A stretch of 64,000 bases of DNA from Podarcis liolepis. Lineage: Eukaryota. A program made the translations under genes and the position numbers. The DNA lies in NCBI GenBank assembly GCA_965112155.1, contig OZ218108.1. One strand, 5' to 3'. The notes below the pieces were generated by a model. It was given only the letters and a program-made list of their open reading frames with translations, had not been told where the DNA came from and ran no database searches. Shown piece after piece: positions 25,191-38,124 of the stretch. Every line of letters begins with the position of its first letter. Positions within the stretch are counted from its first letter, which is position 1.

Positions 25191-28081
25191 TCTTTCTCAA
25201 AAGGGTGTTGTGTTTTGGTTTTGGTTTACAAAGGGGCAGCAACCCTAAAGCTTCAGCAAGTTTTAACAAACTAAAAACTCCACTTTATAAACACACACAA
25301 GATTATTATTAGTTATCCAGTTAAAGCTCCTAATTCAATAAAGTTTTGGTTTCCTTAGTTTTCAGGGGGAGTCTGCGGGTGGCAGGTATCTCGTATTCTA
25401 ACCCAGATCCAGCTACACTTGGGTTGCTGTCCTGTACCCAGTTACTTGAGAGTAAGCCCCTTACTTCTGAAATGTATGGGAGCAAAGCTCACTGTTAACT
25501 GATGGTGAAATCCCTTGGAGTTCTGGTCAGTCATTACAGCTGTTGAGTTGGCTTTAAACAGGATTTAATCACTACACATTTTAGCTAATTCTGTGTTAGT
25601 GTCTGTTAAGTGTCAGGAAATTAATTCAGAGAGATTAATTCAGAGGTTTCTATTGAATCCTGTTCATGTTTACGCCAAAGTCTCATGGAGTTACTCTTGA
25701 GTAAATACACATTGGGTTGGAGCCACAGTGTACATCATGGATCTTTTCTACTGTTTTGACTTCATAATTCCCATGGCATATGACCTTAGGTTCACTAATA
25801 CTTCGAATCCTAGTTTCCTCTCTCCTTTGCTGCAGTTCACTATGGGTAAATTTGGGTAGCACATAAATGCCAGATCTTCAAATTGTACAGTTGGCACATT
25901 CTACGTTGAGACAATGTGGGGGTTGTGGGGTTGGCAAGTTTTGATGACTTCATCAAAAACCAAATAAGCACTCTTAATGTGTTATGGTAGAACTTCCTTA
26001 GTTTTACAGATTAAAGTTCATTGAAAATGAAACTATATAAATTTTCTAGCATAGGCACTAGATTTCCCAATGTGAAACCCACAACAGAGAGTTCTTTGTG
26101 TTCATTCTTTTGTGGTATTGAAAGAATTAAAAAAATATGTCCAACTTCCCTTTTATATATATTTGTGTCTGCTAAATTACATTGCTACAAGATTGATGAG
26201 GAAAGGACACTTCCTCTAAAACAGCAATAAAGACGTCCATATTTTGCTTTTATGTAGACTTTATATCATTTCAAATTAATTCCATTTGTCCTGGTCTTAG
26301 GACTTTCTATCATGTTTTAGAAGGGAAGTATGAAGCTTTGTTTATGGAAGGCTTTACTCTGCTTCCAGTTTGATGCTATAAATTTACCAAACATATAAAG
26401 AAATCACTTCTGGAAAAACCTCCATGCACAAGCATCCTATCTGCGAGTGGGGCGCTTTTCGTTGCAGTGTCTTTAGGGACTTAAAGGGCATGCTGCCCTT
26501 TGGCACACCTGAGGATCTGCAATGCCAAACTAAACTGCACAGAATGTGTATGTTGCTTTTCTCTCTCTGCCCACCCCGTTCTGCACACGGATAATCAGAG
26601 AGTTCAGGCACATTCCTGTATCCCATCCTGAGCACAATTATTCCACACGTGTAAAACCTCTGCAAACCGTTTAGAGGTTCTATTTACAATTAAGTGGTAT
26701 ACGAATTCTCTTAAATACATAAAAGCTCATACTCCTGTAAGTGTTCCATTCTTTTCAATATCCCCACAATAGGGACCAGGGATGCTGTTCCCTTGTGATG
26801 GAGTAAAAGAGCTGTCGTTGCGTTATGAAAATCTTACAGAGCCCCTTGCAAGGGGCAAGATGTAAATTCTTCACAGTGTATAGCTTTTAGGTGTTTTATG
26901 CATTATGGGCTTAAAACACAGCTAAGTTGTTCTTTTTCCCATTTGGATCGAAGCTGGTTTGGAGAAAATACACATGATCAAAGCACAGCATTTCCTAAGA
27001 AATTACAGGATACATAGAGGAAAGATGTGAGTTAACATTGGGTGTACACTGCTTCCAGTGGGGATGCATTGGATACAGAGTAAACAGGAATGTGTACACA
27101 GCATTAATTACCTTACCCTACAGCAATGTTCATTGCCTAATTTATCACTTCAAGAAGCTTATATTAGCCTACAAGGGGCTTATCGGACAGTTTCTCATAT
27201 GAACACTGGACAGATCCAGATCTGTTGAGCTGTAGCAAAGGCTTCATACACACCATACATGTAAAAAGCATTAGTTCCCGCAGGGAATCCTGGGAACTGT
27301 AGGTTACCCCTTACAGAGCTACTATTCCCAAAAATCCTTAAACAAAGCACCATGTGACTTCTTAAGCTCCGCCCCCTGTGTTGGTGTTCCTGGAAGGAAT
27401 CTTTTACTTGTATCCACACAGGGACTGGGATATTTTGGCTAGTCTGTGCTGTTCCCCAATATGTCTCTGATAGGTGGAACCATTTGGTTTATAATTTTAA
27501 CATGTCTTGCATGATGCCAGAGTGTTGTCATTTTTCTCCTTTATTGAGGGCAGGTGCCTAGAGGTAAGAGCAGGGTTGAAGTTGTTGCCTTATGAGCTGA
27601 AGCTGATCACATGGAATAAACCCTCTTATGCAATCCAGCTAGGATAAAGTGCTGGGGAAGATGGGGACCTGCTATTTCATCCCCTCTGGATCATGTATAT
27701 CACATTGAGGAGTAAAATCCTGGCCTGTTTTGTGCTCGTGGGTTTGGGGCTAGGAAGCAAACTGCATTTTTCTTCATGGTCTCTCTGCAGTCCTTTATTT
27801 CCTTACAAGGAATCCTTGCAATCATAATTACATTTTTACAGGTGTGAAGGTTTGCAATTTAACTCGTGTTGTGACCAGCCACACAAATGAGTGATTGCTT
27901 TCTGTTTTAATAGTTGCAAATGGACTTTGGACTTCTAAGTGCATGCAAATCCTTTCCTCTTCCTGACTGCCTGCCATGGTCTTTATTTGTCTGTCACATT
28001 TATATCCCAAGATGCTCAATGCATCTTACATGGAGTTGGCCCATTTTACCCCCCACAGCACCCCTGTGAGGTACACTAGTC

Positions 28082-29501
28082 CAGTGTTTCCCAACCACTG
28101 TTCCGCGGCACACTAGTGTGCCGCGAGATGTTGCCTGGTGTGCCGCGGGAAAAATTAAAAAATTCAAAAGATTTTTTTTTTAAAGTCAAATTTTCGATTG
28201 GGGCGCCGTCACTAGATGACCCCTGGGGTTCCCTCCCTCCCTCCCACTCTGCGCCTCCCTCCTCCTCCTCTTCCTCCGGGGAGGCCCTTCCTGGCTCTCG
28301 GCCAAGGCTTGGCGGCTGCCACTCACTCACTCGCTCGCCCACCCGTCCCTCCATCCCTGCACCCGGCCTCTCCCCCTCCGGCCCCGGCGCGGAGGCTGCC
28401 GGGATCCGTAGTCCCCTCGCCCTTGGGCTCCGCGTCCGCACGGGGTGCGCAAACTACGTTTCCCAGCGTGGCCTGACGGGCTGGGCGTTTTGTTTGAAGC
28501 GCTCTTCTCCCGGCCATGGAATGAGCGCAGCGGCGGCGGCCGGGCGGGCAGGGGCTCTTCCACGCAGACCCCGCGCAGCCTGCCTGCGGCCCCACGGAGA
28601 TCGGGCGGCAGGATGGAGCCCGGGGATCCCCGCGGAGGCGGAGCGGCGGAGGCAGGTAGGGCTGCGTCGGGGGGGTGGTGGTTTATTTTTGCAATGCTGC
28701 ATCCGCGCCGGAGGGGATGCATCGGACCGCGGGGAGACCCCTTGGCGTGCGTGCAAGGCAATGCCTGCGTGCAGGCGTTGCATGGAGTGCAGTGCAATGC
28801 AATGGCAACGTGGCGCCCTGCATGCATGCATGCAACTTCCACCGGCGCTCCGGACTTGGCAAGTGAGGGGGGTCCCCAGTGGGCGGCAGAGAGAGCCGGG
28901 AGGGCGAAGGGGAGCCGGGGGGGAGCAGCGCTGCTCCCCGAGCCGAGCCTGGGGGGAAACTTCGGCGTCGTTGCGCCGGGTGTTGGAAGCGGAGGCTGGC
29001 GGGGGCCCCTCACCTGCAAAACCTGGTCGCCTCTCATATATTTCGTGCATTGCATTCATCGCCCGCTTTCTCCTCCAAGGAGCTCCCGGGGGCGCACGTG
29101 GTTCTCCCCGTGTTATCCTCGCAACAACAGCCCTGCGAGGTGGGTCAGGCGAGTGGCCCAAGGGAGCACCCAGGGATTGTCCTGGCCAGGTGGGGTGATT
29201 TGAACCCTGCTCTCTGCCCGGTCTTCGTCCTCATTTAGCCCCCACATGTGCATGACTGTGCATGACTGAGGTTTTCCCCCGTCTTGGCTATGGTGTGAGT
29301 CTGTGCTGTTAATTAATGGGGTTCTGCCTTCGGAGAAGATGAGCCAGCCCTCAAGGAGGTGATTATGTAATTTGCTAGCAATTCATGTCCCTCCCGGCAT
29401 GACGCTGCGCGCTGACGTCACGGGGCTGTAATGGTGGTGTGCCTCGAGATTTTTTTCATGAAACAAGTGTGCCTTTGCCCAAAAAAGGTTGGGAAACACT
29501 G
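28082..29501 (+). mobile_element. Non-autonomous hAT (Charlie/Buster-type) element with captured CpG-rich cargo, copy 1
   Basis: 15-bp TIRs cagtgtttcccaacc / ggttgggaaacactg; perfect 8-bp TSD cactagtc (28074-28081, 29502-29509) with central TA; subterminal gtgccgcg repeats; inserted into an old SINE. Confidence 0.96.
28393..28473. promoter_or_regulatory. Two divergent ACTAC-nnn-TCCC (ZNF143/THAP11-type) motifs within hAT cargo
   Basis: Minus: GGACTACggaTCCCGGCAGCCT (28393-28414). Plus: ACTACgttTCCCAGCGTGGCC (28453-28473). Both are present in copy 2. Confidence 0.55.
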
Positions 29502-30985
29502 CACTAGTCTAAGAAGGATTGCATAAAGGCCCCCAGAGCTTGTTAGCTATTGATATCTGAACTCAGGTTTCCCTCAGTCAGAGCTCAGCACTCTAGCCCA
29601 ACCTTCCCCTAAGCTGCTGCCTTCCAGATGTTTAGGACTCCAGCTCCAGCATGGCCAATGATCAGTTGATGGGAGTTGTAGTCTAAAACATCTGGAGGGC
29701 ACCAGATTTGAGGTAGGCTGCTGCTCTAGCCATGCACCACAGCATGTCGATCTCTCTACATTTCTGCTACCCTGAGAGTTTATTCAATTCTACTGAATTA
29801 AGTTTACAACATTTACTAGCTTCATTAAAACAAACCTCAAGTCCCTGATGTAGCAAGAGAGAGCCATGTGGATATCTGAGCAGGGGTACTTGCAAAAGTG
29901 AGCAGCCCTACCTCAGTACTAGCGATAAACACTGATACATGTCCACCATTGCTTGCAGCCAACACTTTTTCCCAATCTGATCCCCTGAGAACCTACCTTT
30001 GGGGCTGGGAAAGGTTGTGAAGGCATGGTAGGAGCTTACTTGTACTATTGTAAACAACAGAGAGCCCTTCACTGCAAATTGCATACTGATCCAGGGACCT
30101 CCAAGTGAGAGATGCTGAGGAAGGACACCTAGAGGGTTGAGAGACCCTGGGTTGCTCAAGACACACACATTATTTTTTTACTTCCTTCGGGGCCTTAGAA
30201 ATAGACGAGGTTCAAACTCTGGACATGAGCTCTCTTTCTCTAGTGAGTCACTGCCCCCTTGCTTATCTGTGTGAGGTGCCTTGTCTTTGCAGCCTATGCT
30301 TGAGGTTCCTGGTAGTTATTTGCATCTGTAAAAGATCTGAAAAGACTAGCCTTATTCATCATTTGTCGTTTGTGCAAAGTGTGCTCCTTCACCACAGTTC
30401 CTAATAGGGAACAATCCCCACTTGTTGTGTTCCAAACTCTCCAGCCATGGAGGCAGAAGGCTATGGCCCTATGCCACAAATGCTGATGTATGTGAACTAT
30501 ATTCTAGTTTATGTACTCCTGGGGTTAATGCCACAACTGGTTGCAGAGTTGGTCAGACTCTCCTGCCATCCGTTGTATGTGGTGGGAAGGTGGTAACAGA
30601 GAGGGGAAAGGTGGGGCTCACATCTTGAGCTTTACTCTGACTTCAGTGAAAGTATTTTCAAATTGAGCTGCCTCTTATTCTGATGTAACATGGCATTCTC
30701 ATAGGCAAGACCACCCCTTGAGCAAGCAGAGGATTCAGCTAACTTCCTCTTCTCCCATGTCATATCCCCAACTCTGCCCGGGAGCAATCCTTTTCCCACC
30801 CAGCAGGTGTAAATAAGGGACAGACTCAATATGTGAATTATCTGTTGTTGCCCTTGGCTTAATAATCATAGTCCTCTTTTCGTTTTCGTTCTCAGGCCTA
30901 CTGAAGTGGTAATGTCATTCTGATCTCCATAGAAGAAAACTTGTTATTCCTTGGTTTGAAGAGGGATTTAAAAAAAATAATAATA

Positions 30986-31610
30986 ATGTATCCAGTTCCT
31001 GGTTCCATGCATGAAGGAGATAATGGACATCCTAGGAAACTTATCTCTTTCCTTTTCGTTTTTGGCATTACGTTGTTATGTGCTGGATTTCTGCTTTCGA
31101 TGTTTGTGTTGCAGACGTGCCCAAGTGGTGCCTTTGGTGACTGTAAAGGAGCCCTCAAAATCATTGGGCCTCTGCTTGCTGTTACTGGACTAGTTTGTAT
31201 AATTCTGGCGCAATCGAGAGCTAAAGGCTACCTCAGAGAGGTGCAATTGCAAGATGACCAGGTGTACGGGTTTGTTTTTTGTCGAGGAAACTGCCAGTTT
31301 GCTCAGTTCCTTGTCTTTGGTTTTTTATTTTTAACTAGTGGGATGCTAATCAGCGTCCTTGGCATTTGGATTCCGGGATGTAGCCCAGGTTGGCGCTACC
31401 AGCAGTTTAACCATAGCAATACTTCTAATGTTGAACTCCAGGATTGTGGATTTCATTCTGTTCAGACCATGGGACCTTTGATTGTGCTCATTGGATTGTG
31501 TTTCTTTGTGATAGCTCACATTAAAAAGAAACAAAACATAAATTTCGTCCAGGAGTCTTCTGTCAATGAAGAAGAGCAGCTGGATCCTGAATCATTTCAA
31601 GTTACAGTGG
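30986..31610 (+). CDS. TMEM171: TMEM171 first coding exon (acceptor at 30896, ATG at 30986), four TM helices
   Basis: MYPVPG...KLISFLFVFGITLLCAGFLLS...QFAQFLVFGFLFLTSGMLISVLGIWIPGC...MGPLIVLIGLCFFVIAHIKKK...FQVTV; ttctcag acceptor and GTGG|gtaagt donor; syntenic with FCHO2. Confidence 0.93.
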
Positions 31611-31930
31611 GTAAGTGAATGACACAGCCAAGAAGTCTTCCAAGTGGGCAGTCCCTAGATGCCAGCAACAGGAGACACTTGCAAGGACACCCCATTCCTC
31701 CCCAGCACTTGAGGGGTGGATTAGGAGGGGAGGGAAGAATTTTGGAATCGGAATGTGGGAATGGTGGAAGAAGAAGTCAGGGTGGGTAAGAAGATAAACT
31801 CCAGAAGCTGGCACTGAAAGTATAGTTGCAAGGACTGCTTTTGAAGTACAGTACACTCCTCAGAACAGTGGTGAAATTAATGAGAGAAATGGATTCTATT
31901 TTACAAAGTATAATAGCAATACTACTTCAC

Positions 31931-32279
31931 GGGTGGCGCTGTGGGTAAAACCTCAGCGCCTAGGACTTGCCAATCTCATGGTCGGCGGTTCGAATCCCCG
32001 CGGCGGGGTGCGCTCCCGTTGCTCGGTCCCAGCGCCTGCCAACCTAGCAGTTCGAAAGCACCCTCGGGTGCAAGTAGATAAATAGGGACCGCTTACTAGC
32101 GGGAAGGTAAACGGCGTTTCCGTGTGCGGCTCTGGCTCGCCAGAGTAGCTTCGTCACGCTGGCCACGTGACCTGGAAGTGTCTGCGGACAGCACTGGCTC
32201 CCGGCCTCTAGAGTGAGATGAGCGCACAACCCTAGAGTCTGTCAAGACTGGCCTGTACAGGCAGGGGTACCTTTACCTT
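31931..32279 (+). mobile_element. Sauria SINE (distinct, CpG-rich subfamily)
   Basis: Same architecture as the other copies; TSD tacttcac. Confidence 0.9.
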
Positions 32280-32694
32280 TACTTCACATTGTGTTGAGAG
32301 CACTTGTCTCAGTAGCCCCTACAACAGCATTTTAGACCTTCCAGTTTATGGTGTTACACCATTTGTGTGTCTAGACGAATGCAGATCTTAAAGCTTTAAT
32401 CTCCAAGCATTTTCAAAATATTTTAAAGTTGCCCTGTGATCCTTTGATGAAGGGCAGTGTGGAAATTTAATAAATAATAACAATATTCTGCATGCTAATA
32501 AAAGTGCAAGTGTTTTCCAACAAAAGCAGGGAAAGACTGATAAGAGTTTAATCAAATGATTTGAAGATGCCCTAATGCCTGGGAGTGATGATTCTTAATG
32601 AAATGCACATCACAAGTAGGGCTATCTTGCATGTTGCTCCAAAGAGAACTGCAGATAAATTCGACCTTAAAAGTTTTGGATTTTTCTTTTGTAG

Positions 32695-32836
32695 GTGATA
32701 CTGTAATGGTATTCCCACCACCGCCACCGCCTTATTTCGCTGACTGTCCACTGCAAACAATAACTCCTAGTGTGGTAACAAGTGATTTGCCTTTAAGTGA
32801 AAATCCTCCACCGTACCACAGCACTTTTATTAATTG
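32695..32836 (+). CDS. TMEM171: TMEM171 second coding exon (GDTVMVFPPPPPPYF...SENPPPYHSTFIN)
   Basis: ttgtag|GTGATA...TAATTG|gtaaga; 142 bp; phase 1-2; two PPxY motifs. Confidence 0.92.
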
Positions 32837-33602
32837 GTAAGATCATTTGTACTTTTAAATTTTTTGAGCATTTTGCACATGGGCTAATGCAGAGTTTGCT
32901 GTATACCACCTGATATTTTATATGAGGGGGTGGCCTATAAATATTTTAATTAATAAATAAGCAGATTCTTGGTTTTCTCAGCACCTGGGTGCCAGACCCT
33001 AGTGCTATGCTGCTGTGAGCTCCCTGGAAGAATATAAATGTTATTAACAAGTTAAACAAGTCACAGGCATTCCATCTGAATGTACACTTCACATTACATC
33101 ATTTCCATCATTATATTTCAGAGCCTTTGCCCTATCTTTTCTGAATCAACTAGATATTAATTCAAGAAGCCTTTGCATCCCTTTGCATGATTGGATGCCT
33201 CTTCTTACTTGACAAATAAGATCTTTCACAGGTGCTGCTGTTGTGTACTGATTTGCATGCACCATGGCATGGGAAGGGTGTACCTATGTCCTTTTTCATT
33301 GTAGTATAACACTGCATGATTGGCTTCCTGTCAGAAGTTCGCACTTCTATATTGTCCATGGGCGATGATATATATGAAGCAATTCGCCATGTGCAAAGTA
33401 CTCTTTGGCCTCTACCAGTTAGAATTAAACTGGCTGTATCCATACCAGATGTAATTTTACCACTTTGGTGAATAGAACATTATCATCATTGCTTTTAGGC
33501 ACCTTGGGTACTATATGTAGAAAGGCGGGGTATAAATCGAAATAGCAAATATAGAGAGATTAAACATGCCAACATGTGTACCCTTTCGTTATTTCTTTGC
33601 AG

Positions 33603-33823
33603 AGCAGAGAATGCTGATGCGTCAAACCTGGTCGCTTGAAGAGAGAATGAGCTACTGTATACAATGTCAGGATGTGATTCACCTTCTGAGAACTTAATCC
33701 ACACTCTCTCATCCCTCTGAGCCATCTCAAAATTATAAGGGCAAACGAGCAGCTGTAAATAATGAATGTGTCTTTTCTTCCTCTCCTTACATCACCCAGA
33801 TGATCCATTGGCATCCGCTTTGA
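33603..33823 (+). pseudogene. TMEM171: Decayed last coding exon of TMEM171 (now effectively 3' UTR)
   Basis: Strong acceptor atttctttgcag; the junction makes TG|A; second TGA at 33637-33639; residual homology RENELLYTMSG and, after a frameshift, PSEPSQNYKGK..VNNE, aligning to recalled IYTISG and SELPPRYEEK. End approximate. Confidence 0.75.
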
Positions 33824-34719
33824 ACCAGCTGTAAGAAATACTCAAGAGGGAAGGTGTATAAAAGGGGAGAGAAAGAGGACTGTTAAATTACAGGGTGAAA
33901 ATAGCCTGCAAGAGAGATGGAGGAGCTTTGAGCCAGCAAGGAGAGCAGCAAGCTCCACGGGCAAGCAAGTAGAAGGCCTGCCAAGCCAAGACTTCTGTTA
34001 CTGGAAAACGAAGCCAAGGCAATCTACAGAGAAATACTTGGGACTTGAAGGACCCAGCACCTTAACACCTCTTCATTTGGCACCTTGTATGTAACTGGAA
34101 TACCCAAAGCAATGTACGTCTCAAGTCAAGTCAGCTACCATCTGAACATAGTGCTGTGGCACACATCTAGCAGAAGGAGGGGGAAATCTGGTGGCTTTGT
34201 CTTTCTGTTTCCTTTTTCCTTTTCCTTTTTTGGCTGTTGACAAACTCAAAAGTAAAGACACTGGAGACCTCAGAGCACCGAGTATGTGGCGTGTGTGTTT
34301 GGGCTGACCCTCATGTTAATGAATTGTACATGTGAGATTTTCAGTTGATTAAACATTATGGCATAATATACGTGGTGACTGTAGCACTTGAGTGGTGTGA
34401 CCAACAGCAAGTTTTAGCCTATAGAAATAAGAGCCAAAACTGCAAGTTACGCAGGATCCATGGCTGCTACTCTAGTACAATGTGTCATTATAAAGCCTCC
34501 AGTGTTTCCCTACTTGTAGCTCATTGGCTGCTGCATACAGCAGGCAGGGAATCTCTGGACATGATGGTATCGCATGGTTCTTATTTAATGTTACTGGGGG
34601 AGTGTGTCCTGGGAGGGGCTCAGTTCAGCTTCAGCTGCGCTTCCCCTGTAATGCTTGTGGTACCTACCCAACTGAGGATGGACATGATACAGAGTTATTA
34701 AATTTTAAATGATGGCAAG

Positions 34720-34920
34720 AGAATGAGAGAGAAATTCTTCGCCAACTCAGAATATTGGAACTCTGGGGGGACATAGAGTGGACATAGCTGAAGGCAGAAA
34801 GTGCTTTTTCACACTTTTTGTAATTAAGTTGTGGGCTTTGCTGTCACAAGATGTGGTCATGGCCCCCTGTTTAGATGGATTTTTTTAAAGGGTTAGGCAA
34901 ATGACGGAGGATAGGTCCTC
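34720..34920 (+). mobile_element. Degraded CR1-like LINE 3' end
   Basis: gaaagtgctttttcacac...gtaattaagttgtgg...atggatttttttaaagggttaggcaaatgacggaggataggtcc resembles CR1 3' ends; similar remnant near 61350-61430. Confidence 0.5.
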
Positions 34921-37900
34921 TGCCTCCATGATCAGATACTCAATGTCAACAGCAGAAGGGGGTGGTGGGGGGTCACTATTGTATCCATACCCTGCCTGTG
35001 GGCATCCCAGAAATATTTGGCACACCAGTTTTGGAAACAGTATGCCTTGGTCTGCTCAAAGAGCTGCCCATTGGAGCAGCAGGACTGATATTATTTTACT
35101 GAATTTCTTCCCCACCCTTCACCATAAGGTCCCAAGGCAGGTTATGACGACGACAAAATACTAAAATCAGCTAAAACAACTGAAGAATAGGTGGGCCACG
35201 CACAAATACATAACACTTGTTATAGCCTAGCTCTGGGACCTATCTGCCACTTAGTCCAGCAGCAGAAATGGGAACTGACTCGTGCTGTTCTTCCTCTTAT
35301 GTACTTTAATCTGCATTGTCTAAGTGTCGAAGCTGCAATCGAAGAGTCAATTAAAAAGTAGTTCTACAAATATTTTTCCTCTTAAAATGTTGAAACTGAG
35401 CAGCTACCACTTGCTGAATTATTTGGGCCCAGAGTCTGAAATGCATTGAGACTGAAAGTAAAAGTCTTTTGCATTCCTACTAACAAATGCTTTGGTGTCT
35501 AATTCAGAGCATTCACAGTCATTACATAAGTCATAATCCCCATGAACATCAGTTTTAGCTGGTGGTTAAGAGCACTACATCGGAGATGAAAAGAGTTAAT
35601 GCTCTAACCCTTCAGCTGTGGTAATGACTGATTTCATGCGAATTGCTCTTAGTGTAAATCACAGTGCAGGGCTTATACCAACTGGACCCATTTATTTTTC
35701 ACTAGGCCTCTTCTGTGAGTTTGACCTCTCTCACTGAAACATGCTATTTGCTCATCTATAAACCAGGAATTACTAGAGAAGATTTAGCGTAAAGGACACT
35801 GCAGGTACCTTGAACTGGCAGGTTTGCAACAGGAAGGCTGAGCTCTAATGAATCCCAGGCAAACTTACTAGAGAGTAAAACACATTGAACATAATGGGGC
35901 TTACTTATGAGTAAACACATGCTGCATTTATTGTGATATACTGAGTGTCTTGGGTTTGTTGGTTTGTTTTTGCATGATGTCACTGCAGGCTTTTAAAAAG
36001 ATTTTTATCTTCTTTAATGCTGGAGCACATTTTTGACATGTTTGTGATCATCGACTCCCAAGAACTTCCACAGTACACAGATTTTTCATTTAATACACAT
36101 ATTTCTTATAAAACATAAAAAACCTTATTACAGTGAAAATGTAATCTACAAAGCAATTAATCAAAGCAGTCCAGAATCTAGCCTCTGCAGAAAATGCTAA
36201 ACACTTTCTCAAAGTAGGAAGGCTTAACTGAAGTAGTAGTGCCCCGACTGTGAAATATTCATCATGCTACTTGCCAGGTTCCTAGTTTGCTATGAATTGT
36301 ATGTTTTTACAAGCCTCCAATACGAAACAAACTTACTCATGACCGAGTGAGCACCAATAAAATCAATTTCAGTTAGAAGCATGGTAGAGTGCTTTTGCAG
36401 AGCTTTCATTAGATGACAATTCATGTAGTTATGCAGAAAGACATTCTCCCAATTCTGTCATGAGTTAGGAGTTTAAATAAAGTTAAATAATTACAGTAAC
36501 TACTCCAAAACGGAGAGGGAAATAAAATGAGCAGGCAAAAACCGTCTTCCTTTGTCTCTAGCCAGTGACTGTGAGAATGTTCCCCACAGGGCATTTGAGA
36601 GGCAGGCAAGGGAGTATTTTGAAAGATACTACAAGGGTTAGGAAGCTGGTGTTACTCTCTGAAGCCTGTACTAATGTAGTTAGGCATGTTGAACATAGAA
36701 ACGCTGATGGCAGCATTCTGCCTAGAGATTTTACAAGGAGAGACGCTATAAAGAGCAGCTTCTTAGAAGGTGTGCTAATCTTAACTTTGCAGTGCTAGCC
36801 AGGGAACAGCAACTATAAAATGAAATCATAGAACTGAACTTCCTATTACAGTTCTGACCCAAAAGAGGAAATAATCCTTATGAGAAACAAATGTACCTCA
36901 GCAGTAATTGTAAAATGCAGCAATGAATAAATACCTTTTGGCACGCTTCATAAAGGGCTCGGCCACACAGTCTGAGAAGACTCTTCCAAGGTCACCTTTG
37001 CAAGCTGCAAGAGAAGAAATAGCCATTCAGAAAGATGTGCAAATCTGATAGGAATCCGGTTAGGTCAGATAAAGCTTTTCACCTGCTACTGCCAGGGAAG
37101 TCTGCAGACGGCCCCTTCAAGCCTGAAGCCAACCCTGAATAAAAGGCAGTGTCTCTTGCGGGGCAGTAGATGCTCTGAGTGGGTGCTGTAGTGTTGCCAA
37201 TTGTGTTGTCTTCGTCTCGCCACCCTAGTTTGCTTAGACCAGTGTCTAGCCCTTGGATTCCATGCTAGACCTAGGTCTTGCAAAGATTCAGTGGCCTTGG
37301 CTGATGCAAGGAAAAGGCCAGGGAAATTACCTAGGCTGCACTTTGCAGCCTCTAAGTGTTTTCAGCATTGGGGCAGCAGAAGCAAGCTCCACTTAAATCC
37401 TGTAGTCAGGGTGGTACTATGAGTTGAGTAGGTTTAAAATGTGAAACTTGGCATAGGTTCAGATAATCTATTTCTTTATTTTTATTTTTTAAAAGCCCAA
37501 ATCTGGATTGCCTTGTCAAGCTTTTTGTTTTAAAATGTAAAGTGAAGGTGTTGGCAGAGCAGGATGTGAGGCCGGTGTCCGCATTCCTGGCTTTGTTTTC
37601 CTTGTGGTTTGTGATCTTCCATATCTTTTTCTCTGTGAAGCTTCAGATTTCTTAGTTGTAATCTATGCTTACCTTGGGGTAAGGTCTGTTGAGCACAGCT
37701 TGACTTTCTTCTGAACAGGTTACACTTGTGCTTATCTAGAAAGCTGGTGGGTATCTGGGGAGCAATACATACCGGTTATCACAGTGGTGGTTCTTGCCCA
37801 TTGTCACTGATAGGGCAGAAGGCAAAGAGCCCAACAGTAGGTGGCGCCAGAGCCAATGGCAGGCAGAGCCAACTAATTCTACTTCTGTCCTCCTCTTCCC

Positions 37901-38124
37901 TGCTGAGTTATACAAGGGTAGCTGAAGAGAAGGGGGAAGCTAATAGGCAGGACCATCTCCTAGACTGATTGTAAGTATAAAGGCAGGCAGGTGCAGGCTG
38001 ACTCAGGGTAGACTGCGGTTGGTGGGGCAGTGCCTCTTTTTCCCCAATGGAAACGTCAGCTGGTGCAGAATGTGGTAACCGGATTGCTGATAGGGGGACA
38101 TCAGGCTGACAATATGTGAAACCA

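Noticed and set aside
28076-29238. Long ORFs (up to 360 aa) in both hAT copies as a transposase or gene
   Set aside because: Overlapping ORFs on both strands, no transposase motifs, and frames differ between copies because of indels; a GC-content artefact.
33603-33720. In-frame TGA codons in TMEM171 as selenocysteine or programmed read-through
   Set aside because: The same exon also has a frameshift and a decayed PPxY, and I see no SECIS; decay is the simpler explanation.
33830-34200. Possible solo LTR (TATAAAAG, purine-rich body)
   Set aside because: No clear TG...CA termini with TSD and no second copy in the window.
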